A stretch of 64,000 nucleotides of DNA from an uncultured Candidatus Saccharibacteria bacterium (GTDB lineage: Bacteria; Patescibacteriota; Saccharimonadia; Saccharimonadales; JBBQAJ01). How positions within the stretch are numbered: the first letter of the stretch is position 1; every line of letters begins with the position of its first letter. The position numbers and the translations under genes are program-made. The DNA lies in contig CAZQHP010000001.1 in assembly GCA_964593805.1 (NCBI GenBank), positions 64,091-128,090 of the forward strand, written 5' to 3'. A model generated the notes under the pieces. The model had not been told where the DNA came from, did not search any database, and was given only the letters and a program-made list of their open reading frames with translations. Positions 24,622-32,588 of this stretch are shown here, piece by piece.

Positions 24622-26229
24622 ATGGAAAATATATTCAAACCAGATATAAGCAACCCGGCAGACCCGCGGCGAAAACTGGTAATTTTTGGCTTGTTGATTG
24701 TTGCGGTTTTCACGCTGATTTTTTTGGTGGTTAAATTTTATGGTACCGGCCGCATAACTTTAAGCCTGCCAAATAATAAACAGCCGCTGACCGTGGAGAT
24801 TTTCAAACAGTCTAACGGCGAAAGGGCGGCTTTGGAAAAGGTACAGGGCGATAGTTTCAGTAAATTTCTCCCAGCTGGGTCGTATGAGATACGTGTTTTT
24901 TCTGCAGATAACCAAGCCGTTTCATACCTTGCATCGGTACCAAGATTTTTCCGTACTACTACCAAAACTGCGACGCTACAGAACCAGTCCGGGCGCCAGA
25001 AACTGGCAAGAGACGTATCGAGCTGCCCGGTGTTAGTAGGTGAACAACTGTATTCTTTTACTTGCGGCTGGTCCAATGTGATTTCTCGTCACACGCCTTT
25101 GACGGCAGAAAAGTACTCAGCACGCCAGGATTTCCCGGTTAGCGGCGTAGTCGCTGCCAAATCTTATCGTGACGGCATGCTAGCACTGAGAATTTTAAGC
25201 GGACAAGCAAATTCACCAATAACACCGGTCATTAGTTTCATAAAAAACGGAGTGGTGGTAAGCAGTAAAACTCTACCGGCGAGTTTTGCTAGTACTGATT
25301 CGTCCAATAATCCTGATTATCAACTGGTTATTGATAGAAAAAATCACACTGGTTTCGTAGTCGTAAAGAAAGCTGCTAGCGTTGAGATCGCGAGCTTCAA
25401 AAGCTTTGAGTCCGACGCGGTAACCAGAAAGGTAGAGTTTACCGGCTTAGAACTGGACCGCCTAGCAAGTTCAACCGATTTGTACGATGATCAGTTTTTG
25501 ATAGCCGTTGGAAAATCCGGCAATCCAGTTCATGAACCCGGCGGCAAGAAAGACACCAAGCCTTTGGCTACGGTCGTCCGTATTATTGATACAAAAAGCC
25601 AAGACGCACCATCCACGGACTATAAGATTAACGAGCCCTTTAGCAAGGTAAGTTTTTGCGGGACACAAGATGTCTGCATTCTACGCGACAATAAGCTCAC
25701 CGTGTATATGAAATCCGCCGGCAAACTTCTAGCGCGTGGATCAATTAACAGCGTGGATAAATTTATAGTAATTGACGGCTCAACTGTGGCATATTTACAA
25801 GACAAAAGAGTCTATAGACTTAATACAGACGACCTCGGCGCAACTATGTTGTACGCCTCGGACCATTTTACTGTTACCGACATTTTCACTTCGGGGAACG
25901 CACTTGTCATGAACGCTAGTTTGCCGAGCGCTACGAACCAGGAAATCACCCACACGTTCCTGCTAGGGTTAAGCCCGGCTGAAAGCAAAGACTTTGTTGA
26001 TGACAAATTGCCTTATAGCAAAGACCGTTATGTTTGGGACATGGATTATAGCGGCAAAACGATACTCGCTACACTAATTCTGAACAGTTCTACTTTTGAT
26101 AGAGCAACCAGCACAATCAGTTACGACCAGGCCGAATATGCCGGTGCCGCAAAGCAGCTGACTGAACGGTTAGCAAAAGATGGCTTCAGCGCGCCAGAAT
26201 ATACAATTAAGTTTATCGTAAGCTACTAA
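24622..26229 (+). CDS. Membrane-anchored 535-aa protein of unknown function, last gene of the T4SS-like locus
   Basis: N-terminal anchor KLVIFGLLIVAVFTLIFLVVKF followed by a beta-rich-looking ectodomain. No family recognised. Confidence 0.62.
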   Translation: MENIFKPDISNPADPRRKLVIFGLLIVAVFTLIFLVVKFYGTGRITLSLPNNKQPLTVEIFKQSNGERAALEKVQGDSFSKFLPAGSYEIRVFSADNQAVSYLASVPRFFRTTTKTATLQNQSGRQKLARDVSSCPVLVGEQLYSFTCGWSNVISRHTPLTAEKYSARQDFPVSGVVAAKSYRDGMLALRILSGQANSPITPVISFIKNGVVVSSKTLPASFASTDSSNNPDYQLVIDRKNHTGFVVVKKAASVEIASFKSFESDAVTRKVEFTGLELDRLASSTDLYDDQFLIAVGKSGNPVHEPGGKKDTKPLATVVRIIDTKSQDAPSTDYKINEPFSKVSFCGTQDVCILRDNKLTVYMKSAGKLLARGSINSVDKFIVIDGSTVAYLQDKRVYRLNTDDLGATMLYASDHFTVTDIFTSGNALVMNASLPSATNQEITHTFLLGLSPAESKDFVDDKLPYSKDRYVWDMDYSGKTILATLILNSSTFDRATSTISYDQAEYAGAAKQLTERLAKDGFSAPEYTIKFIVSY

Positions 26230-26233
26230 ACTG

Positions 26234-27280
26234 CTAGAGGGGGATGACTGTGCAGTTGCCCAAAAAGTGCTGGACTACTATGTCGGCGTCGGTGGTGGTT
26301 ATGAAAGTTTGATGGTCTTTTAGGTGTTCGGTCAGCGCCCGGCGGCGGGCGCCGTCCAGTTCGCTAAAAACATCGTCCAGTAGCAGGATTGGCAACGAGC
26401 CCCGGGCTTTTTCTATGCTTTGGACTTCGAGCAACTTTAGCGCCAGCAACATGGTGCGGGTTTCGCCCCGTGAAGCCGATGCCGCCAGCTGGTAGCCGCC
26501 TATGAGCAGCTGCAGGTCATCGCGGTGCGGGCCAATTGTAGTAAAACCCCGCTCGCGGTCTTTGTTTGTTCTTGCCTCCAACCCCTTCAACATCGCGCTG
26601 CCGTAAGCCTGTGGCTTCAGTTTTGTTTCGTAAATCATGTTGGTTTTAAGCTTTTTGCCAGCCAGTTTGTTGTACAGCCTAGATAGCTGGGCCCGATGTT
26701 CGTCCACAAACGCCATCCGCCGTTCGGCAATCTGCCCGCCCAGTTCGCTCAATCGCACATTCCAGACAAATAGCTGGTCGGGCAAAAAATCTTGTTTGAG
26801 CAGTCGGTTGCGTTGGGAAAGCGTTCTTTTATACTGGCGGCGCAGTTCACCGTACGCGGGGATGGTCTGTTCAATCACGTCGTCCAAAAAATTACGGCGC
26901 AGTTCCGGCGACTCGGTGAGCAGTTGCAGATGGTTTGGCTCAAATACCACCGCCGGCACTGTGCGCAGCAACGGCAAACGCGTCAGGATAGTACCGCCGA
27001 TGGCATGTTCTTTTTTGATTACCTCTCCCTGCAAACGCAATTTTACGCTGCGTTCTTTTCCTCCTGCATCGCCTCCTAGCCGAGCCCAGTCAGCACCGTG
27101 GCGCAATAGGTCGCGGTCGGCGGCGCGATAAGAATTACCCCTGCAAAGCACCAGTATGGCTTCCAGTAAATTAGTTTTGCCGCTGGCATTCGGCCCGACT
27201 ATTATGTTGACGCCAGAACCAAATTCAAAGGTTGCGTCTTTGTAGGAGCGGAAATGCTGCAACCGTAGATTGGAAATCAT
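26234..27280 (-). CDS. recF: DNA replication and repair protein RecF
   Basis: Walker A is GPNASGKTNLLEAI, the signature-like motif is SRGETRTMLLALKL, and Walker B is ILLLDDVFSELD. It sits in dnaA-dnaN-recF synteny. Confidence 0.92.
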   Translation of the reverse strand: MISNLRLQHFRSYKDATFEFGSGVNIIVGPNASGKTNLLEAILVLCRGNSYRAADRDLLRHGADWARLGGDAGGKERSVKLRLQGEVIKKEHAIGGTILTRLPLLRTVPAVVFEPNHLQLLTESPELRRNFLDDVIEQTIPAYGELRRQYKRTLSQRNRLLKQDFLPDQLFVWNVRLSELGGQIAERRMAFVDEHRAQLSRLYNKLAGKKLKTNMIYETKLKPQAYGSAMLKGLEARTNKDRERGFTTIGPHRDDLQLLIGGYQLAASASRGETRTMLLALKLLEVQSIEKARGSLPILLLDDVFSELDGARRRALTEHLKDHQTFITTTDADIVVQHFLGNCTVIPL

Positions 27281-27297
27281 AGCCTTATTGTATATGT

Positions 27298-28389
27298 TTA
27301 GCTTTTCAGTGGCATGATTACATGGGCGTAGTCGTCATGCTTCGGCCCAGACAACAAACAGGCTTCTAGCTTGCCGTTGAAGCCGATTTTTACATCTTCG
27401 CCGTTTATCGCGTGCAACGCGTCCAAAATGTAGCGTGAATTCAGAGTGATAACACCCTCGCCGTCAATCGTGGCGGCGGCGGTAGCGATGTTTTCACCCA
27501 GTTGCGAGGCGATGGAACGAATACTGACGGCTTGCTTGGCTTTGTCCAGGTGAATCGTCACGCTGCCGGCGCTTTCGCGGGCAAACAGGCTAGAAACTTT
27601 GGTGATGTTTATAAATTCTTGTTTTTTGAGCACCGCGCTCTGGGCAAAATTTTCCGGTATAAGTTTGCGGTAATCAGGATACTTTCCCTCAATCAATCTC
27701 GCGACCAGTTCGACGTCGCCAACCCGAAACAACACCTGTTGTTCGTCGTGGGTAACCGTGACTTCGTCCTCTACGTCGGTCAGAATCCTGAGCAAATCCT
27801 GCATGGCAGTGGCAGGAATTAATAGGCTCATTTCTTGGGCTGTTTTCATCAGCCTCTTTTCTGCCAGGCGGTAGCTATCTGTCGCCACCAGATACAAGTT
27901 TTTGTTGTGGGTGTGTACGAAGACGCCGGTTAAAACCGGCCGGCTTTCGTCTGACGAGGCCGCCATTAGAACCTGTTGCAAGCCGCTTCTTAGGACTTTT
28001 GATGGGACTTTCCAGCTGGTACCATCAGCGATTGCTGGCATAACCGGGTATTCTTCGGCTGTTGTGCCGTTGATAATGGATTGGTATTGGGCGGTGGTTA
28101 TTTTGAGTTTTGTTTCATCAAGCTCGAGCGTAATAGTCCCTGAAGGTAGGCTAGCTACAAAATCCACCATCAACCGGGCAGGGACGGTTATGGCGCCTTC
28201 GTCGTTCACCTTTGACCCAATGTAGTGCGTGATGGCTATGTCTAGGTTTGTAGCGGCAATACTGAGCCGGTTGCCAATAGTTTTAATCAGTACGTTTGAC
28301 AATATCGGCAATGTACCTCTACTGTTTGCGACGCGCCCAACGCTGCTAAGGGCTTTGTGTAAATTTTCCTGGGTTACCTGTAGTTTCAT
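27298..28389 (-). CDS. dnaN: DNA polymerase III beta sliding clamp
   Basis: 363 aa with a typical N-terminus (MKLQVTQENLHKALSSVGRVANSRGTLPILSNVLI). Its position is directly downstream of dnaA. Confidence 0.92.
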   Translation of the reverse strand: MKLQVTQENLHKALSSVGRVANSRGTLPILSNVLIKTIGNRLSIAATNLDIAITHYIGSKVNDEGAITVPARLMVDFVASLPSGTITLELDETKLKITTAQYQSIINGTTAEEYPVMPAIADGTSWKVPSKVLRSGLQQVLMAASSDESRPVLTGVFVHTHNKNLYLVATDSYRLAEKRLMKTAQEMSLLIPATAMQDLLRILTDVEDEVTVTHDEQQVLFRVGDVELVARLIEGKYPDYRKLIPENFAQSAVLKKQEFINITKVSSLFARESAGSVTIHLDKAKQAVSIRSIASQLGENIATAAATIDGEGVITLNSRYILDALHAINGEDVKIGFNGKLEACLLSGPKHDDYAHVIMPLKS

Positions 28390-28639
28390 AATAAGTTATT
28401 CTCCTTTGTAATACTTGTTATTAGGGCTGTGGATAGTGTGTATAAATAAGCTAGTCTCATTATAAAACGCATAAAAAAGTAGTGCATAAAGCTGTGCCAA
28501 GCGCTCGGACAAGCTGCTTACAAACCCAGGACTTATCCGCAAGAAGCTTGCTGCCAAAACCACCTGTGGGAAAGCGCGGGTAGTTGCCCCCAACTTATAC
28601 AAGCACTTAGCGCCCGCTCGTAAACAGCTTATGGACACG
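28390..28639. other. dnaA-dnaN spacer with DnaA-box-like 9-mers and an AT-rich stretch (candidate oriC half with unwinding element)
   Basis: TGTGGATAG (28428-28436), TTATCCGCA (28533-28541), TGTGGGAAA (28565-28573), TTATGGACA (28629-28637). An AT-rich run spans about 28437-28490. Confidence 0.55.
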
Positions 28640-30007
28640 CTACGCATATAAACGCTCCTTGATCTCACTAATCGCAGCCTTGATCTCGCTGTCATAACTA
28701 GCTTCTTTTTCTATCTTGTCAACGGAGTGGATCGCGGTGGTGTGGTCTTTGCGCCCCAACTCGCGGGCAATTTTTGGGAAACTGAGATGCAGCTCGCTGC
28801 GGAGCATGTACATGGCAATCTGGCGCGGCACCACAATGTCTTTATCGCGCTTTGGTCCCAGCATTTCTTCCATAGGCAGCTGGAAGTACTTGGCCGTGCG
28901 TTCAATGATTTGTTTGGCACTAATGTGTTTGGGGCGGTTTTTGTTGCCCCCAAGCAAGCTTGTGGCAATGTGGATATCTGGGTTCAAACTGCGCATTTCA
29001 CAGAAAGCCAACAGCTGGTTCAGGGCGCCTTCGAGTTCGCGAATGTTGGACTGGATTAGGCTAGACAAATACTCTACCACCGGCTGCGGCAAGACAACGT
29101 CGTGGTGCTGGGCCTTGGTTTGGATGATAGCGCAGCGGGTTTCAAAGTCCGGGTTTTGCATATCTATGGTCATGCCCCAAGCAAACCGCGAGCGCAAGCG
29201 CTCTTCGAGTGTGGGGATTTCTTTGGGCTGCTTGTCGCTGCTTATTATGATCTGTTTATTGGCCTGGTGCAGGGCGTTAAAGGTGTGGAAAAATTCTTCC
29301 TGCATTTTTTCTTTGCCGGCAATAAACTGCATATCGTCCACAATCAGCACGTCCGCGCTTCTGTAGTGCTTGGCAAAATCAGTCGTTTTCTTAAATCTCA
29401 AAGCGTCCACAAACTCCTGTACAAACTGCTCGGTGGAAGCGTAAACAACCCGCGCGTTCGGGTTGTTGGCCAGCACGGCATTACCCACCGCTTGGACCAA
29501 GTGAGTTTTGCCAATGCCCACGCCGCCATACACAAACAGCGGGTTGTATTTGGTTCCGGGGCTTTGGGCGATTGCCTGGCACGCGGCATAAGCCAGTTCG
29601 TTGCCAGAACCCACGATGAAATTTTCAAACGTATAACGCTCGTTCAGGCCCTGGCGATAACTGTGCGTCAGGGTAGTTGTAAGTTGCTGGACATTTTGTG
29701 GGGTCGTAGCAGCTTGCGCGCCTAGGATCATTGGCTCTTCGTCTGCCTTCTTGTTTTGGGCAGTGTCGGAGTGGATTTTGTAATCCACACGCTGGGGCGT
29801 GATGTCGTTTTTGGCCAGGATCTTAAGAACCATGTCATTGTATTTTCGCTCCAACTGCTGCTTGATAAAAACGTTCGGCACCCCAATTACCAGCACATTA
29901 TCTTTGTGCCTGAGCATGCGGGTATTTTTGAACCAGGTTACAAAACTACCCCTTGAAACAGTGAGTTCAATTTCACCTAATACCGCCTGCCATAGGTCTT
30001 CTTGCAT
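28640..30007 (-). CDS. dnaA: Chromosomal replication initiator DnaA
   Basis: AAA+ Walker A GGVGIGKTHL, Walker B LIVDDMQF, and the C-terminal DNA-binding helix region (SFPKIARELGRKDHTTAIHSVDKIE). Confidence 0.95.
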   Translation of the reverse strand: MQEDLWQAVLGEIELTVSRGSFVTWFKNTRMLRHKDNVLVIGVPNVFIKQQLERKYNDMVLKILAKNDITPQRVDYKIHSDTAQNKKADEEPMILGAQAATTPQNVQQLTTTLTHSYRQGLNERYTFENFIVGSGNELAYAACQAIAQSPGTKYNPLFVYGGVGIGKTHLVQAVGNAVLANNPNARVVYASTEQFVQEFVDALRFKKTTDFAKHYRSADVLIVDDMQFIAGKEKMQEEFFHTFNALHQANKQIIISSDKQPKEIPTLEERLRSRFAWGMTIDMQNPDFETRCAIIQTKAQHHDVVLPQPVVEYLSSLIQSNIRELEGALNQLLAFCEMRSLNPDIHIATSLLGGNKNRPKHISAKQIIERTAKYFQLPMEEMLGPKRDKDIVVPRQIAMYMLRSELHLSFPKIARELGRKDHTTAIHSVDKIEKEASYDSEIKAAISEIKERLYA

Positions 30008-30498
30008 TATGGTCTACGCGCCGCGCCTTCCCAAGCCGGGCAAAGCCCGTCTTTGCAAGCTGTTTTTGGCACCCAGCACATTTTTCAATTGCGCTACTCC
30101 TGAGCAGTACTTTCTGTACTGCTCAGTCCGTTGCTCACTGAGAAAATGCACTGTGCACCCAAGCGCGTAGACCATAAAACCCTCTCCCCGACTTACTTCA
30201 GCACTAACTATACCTAAGGGCAGGCGAGTTTTCCACAACTTTCCAGAAGTCACAACGATACCCGATCAATATCCTCAAAACAGAGCCGGGGTTATGCACA
30301 GCGAAACCAGTCATCTGTTAATCTGTGGAAAATGCTTGTAGTTGTGGGGACAACTGCCGAGAATTCGTGGGTAAATATTGTTAATTTGACTCCGTAGTTT
30401 GGTGCTGGCGCAGATAACTAGCTTTTTTTAGCCGCGCCAGCCGCTGGTTCTGGTTTATCTGTTCCAATTTTTGCCTCTCTCTGTTAAGATAGAAACCT
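30008..30498. other. dnaA-rpmH intergenic region with DnaA-box cluster (candidate oriC half and divergent promoters)
   Basis: TTTTCCACA (30229-30237), TTATGCACA (30292-30300), TGTGGAAAA (30324-30332), TGTGGGGAC (30343-30351), and the inverted repeat CTGGCGC-N22-GCGCCAG near 30403-30438. Confidence 0.6.
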
Positions 30499-30636
30499 AT
30501 GCCAAAACGCACCTATCAACCAAAGAAACGCCGCCGCTCCCGCGAACACGGCTTCATGAAGCGCATGGCCAGCAAAGCCGGCAGAGCAGTGCTCAAACGC
30601 CGCCGAGTCAAACGCCGCACCAAGCTTTCAGCATAA
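30499..30636 (+). CDS. rpmH: 50S ribosomal protein L34 (45 aa, missing from the ORF track)
   Basis: My translation is [45 protein letters not shown]. It sits in canonical rpmH-rnpA-yidC synteny. Confidence 0.93.
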   Translation: MPKRTYQPKKRRRSREHGFMKRMASKAGRAVLKRRRVKRRTKLSA

Positions 30637-30719
30637 GTAACAACTTTCAAGTAACAAGTTTGCAAGATTTATGGTGGAGTTTTCTTGACACTTGTACCTT
30701 GACACCTGAAACTTGATAT

Positions 30720-31097
30720 ATGATTAGTCGCGCCCACCGCTTTCATGGACATGGCTCATTGCGCTACGTCTACCAGCACGGCCAAACCGTGAGGGGGCCG
30801 TTGACGGCTCTGAAATACAGCCAAAACAGCCGCCGTGCGCAGTACCGCCTAGCGGTGGTGGTCAGCAAAAAAGTCAGCAAGTCCGCCGTCAAACGCAATC
30901 GTATCCGCCGCCGGCTCTACGAAGCGGTGCGAGGTTACGAGGCGCAGATTTTGAAGCCTTATGACATGGTTATCACCGTCTTTCACGAACAACTAGCGGC
31001 TCTGCCGGCTCCAGAGCTGGAGCGCCTGGTACGGGCCCAGCTGCGCCAAGCAGGGGTTATCAGCAATACCGCCGCCAGGCAGCCCAAGGCAGATTAA
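30720..31097 (+). CDS. rnpA: Ribonuclease P protein component
   Basis: A basic protein with the pattern RLAVVVSKKVSKSAVKRNRIRRRLYEA, positioned after rpmH. Confidence 0.88.
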   Translation: MISRAHRFHGHGSLRYVYQHGQTVRGPLTALKYSQNSRRAQYRLAVVVSKKVSKSAVKRNRIRRRLYEAVRGYEAQILKPYDMVITVFHEQLAALPAPELERLVRAQLRQAGVISNTAARQPKAD

Positions 31098-31160
31098 TTA
31101 ACCAGGGGCTTAATTTCCCCTGTTAATCATGTTAAGATATAACCAAGAAAGAGAGGATAA

Positions 31161-32099
31161 ATGTTTGTAGCCTCGCTATTTAATACTGTAATCGTTGACC
31201 CAATCTTTAACCTGCTGGTTCTAATCTACGGCTTGCTGCCGGGGCACAATTTTGGCCTCAGCATCGTCCTGTTTACTATCGTTGTGCGTCTGCTCATGTG
31301 GCCGCTAGTCAAAAAGCAGCTGCACCAGGCAAAGGCCATGCGCGAGCTCCAGCCGGAACTAAAACGCATCAAAAAAGCCGCTGCGGGCAACAAACAAGAG
31401 GAATCTGTAATGCTCATGGAGCTCTACAAAGAACGCGGAATTAGTCCTTTCGGCTCGCTCGGCACGCTGGTTATTCAGCTTATTATCCTGATTGGCCTGT
31501 ATTCCGGTCTGCGTCGGGTAGTTGATGACCCGCACGCTATCCTGAACTATTCTTACGACTGGCTTCATAACCTGAATTGGCTCAAAGCGCTTGGGGCGGA
31601 CATTCATCGTTTTGATGCCACGCTGTTTGGGTTTGTTGATCTAACCCGAGCAGCCATAAACAAAGGCGGCGGGGTGTACTGGCCGGCGCTTTTCATCGTC
31701 CTGGGTAGCGCAGTGGCGCAGTTTTATCAGAGCAAACAACTGCTACCTAACAACAAAGACGGCCGCGGCCTAAGAGCTATTTTGAAAGAAGCCAACTCCG
31801 GTAAAAAAGCCGAACAATCAGAAGTAAATGCCGCGGTTGGCCAAAGCACGCGCTATCTTTTACCGTTTATGATTGTGCTGTTTACTATCAACCTGCCTTC
31901 GGCGCTTTCGCTCTACTGGCTGACCAGCGGAATTGTGGCCTATATGCAGCAGGCGCGCGTGCTTGGCAAGGATGAAGTAGAAATGGAAGCCCTGGCTGAC
32001 GCGCCAAACGTGATTGAGGGCGAAGTCATAGAAAAGCCAAAACCAAAGCCCAAAAAACACAAAAAATCCGCTGGCAATAAAAAGCGGAGAAAAAAATGA
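31161..32099 (+). CDS. yidC: YidC/Oxa1-family membrane protein insertase
   Basis: Polytopic protein with PLVKKQLHQAKAMRELQPELKRIKK and the LPSALSLYWLTSGIV pattern, plus a Lys-rich tail. Confidence 0.9.
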   Translation: MFVASLFNTVIVDPIFNLLVLIYGLLPGHNFGLSIVLFTIVVRLLMWPLVKKQLHQAKAMRELQPELKRIKKAAAGNKQEESVMLMELYKERGISPFGSLGTLVIQLIILIGLYSGLRRVVDDPHAILNYSYDWLHNLNWLKALGADIHRFDATLFGFVDLTRAAINKGGGVYWPALFIVLGSAVAQFYQSKQLLPNNKDGRGLRAILKEANSGKKAEQSEVNAAVGQSTRYLLPFMIVLFTINLPSALSLYWLTSGIVAYMQQARVLGKDEVEMEALADAPNVIEGEVIEKPKPKPKKHKKSAGNKKRRKK

Positions 32100-32587
32100 C
32101 AGACGCCGCCAGCCCGTCCATAGAAGACGCCATCCAATACGCCAAAAAGTATTTAGAAGACCTGCTGTCTTTTTTTGGCCTGAACACCGACGTTTACGCC
32201 ACCACCGAAGACCATGAAGTTATAGAACTCAACGTACCCAGCACCCACCTGAACGGCTTTCTGATAGGCCAGCAGGGCGACACCATGCGCGCGCTTCAGT
32301 TCCTGGTCAGCAGCGCGTTGCGCAGCCAGGGCTACGACTACAGCCGGGTAAACGTGGACATTGCAGACTATAAAAAGGCTCGTGCCGACCAAATTGCCGA
32401 CCGCGCCGAAGATTGGATCAAAAAAGTCCAGGAATCCGGCGAGCCCATGGAACTAAACCCCATGAACGCCGCCGACCGCCGCATAGTCCACAAAACAGCT
32501 AACGACGCCGGACTAACCACCGAATCAGTAGGCGAAGGCCCCACCCGCCACGTCGTCCTCAAACCCCCCCCGACAGACAAAACATAA
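32096..32587 (+). CDS. jag: Jag/SpoIIIJ-associated RNA-binding protein (KH + R3H domains)
   Basis: ATGA overlap with yidC. The KH-like segment is LIGQQGDTMRALQFLV and the R3H segment is MNAADRRIVHKTANDAGLTTESVGEGPTRHVVL. Confidence 0.85.
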   Translation: MTDAASPSIEDAIQYAKKYLEDLLSFFGLNTDVYATTEDHEVIELNVPSTHLNGFLIGQQGDTMRALQFLVSSALRSQGYDYSRVNVDIADYKKARADQIADRAEDWIKKVQESGEPMELNPMNAADRRIVHKTANDAGLTTESVGEGPTRHVVLKPPPTDKT

Positions 32588-32588
32588 C

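Noticed and set aside
7727-26229. Integrative conjugative element inserted at tRNA-Ser(CGA)
   Set aside because: There is no integrase, excisionase, relaxase or coupling protein. I found no direct repeat of the tRNA 3' end downstream. Housekeeping genes (comFC, hsp20) lie between the tRNA and the T4SS genes.
28396-28695. Minus-strand 99-aa ORF between dnaN and dnaA
   Set aside because: It occupies the DnaA-box/AT-rich spacer, overlaps the dnaA 3' end, and has an Arg/Ser/Leu-rich translation typical of a non-coding frame.
30471-30716. Plus-strand 81-aa ORF from the track
   Set aside because: It is in a different frame from the unmistakable 45-aa L34 gene (rpmH, 30499-30636) that it overlaps.
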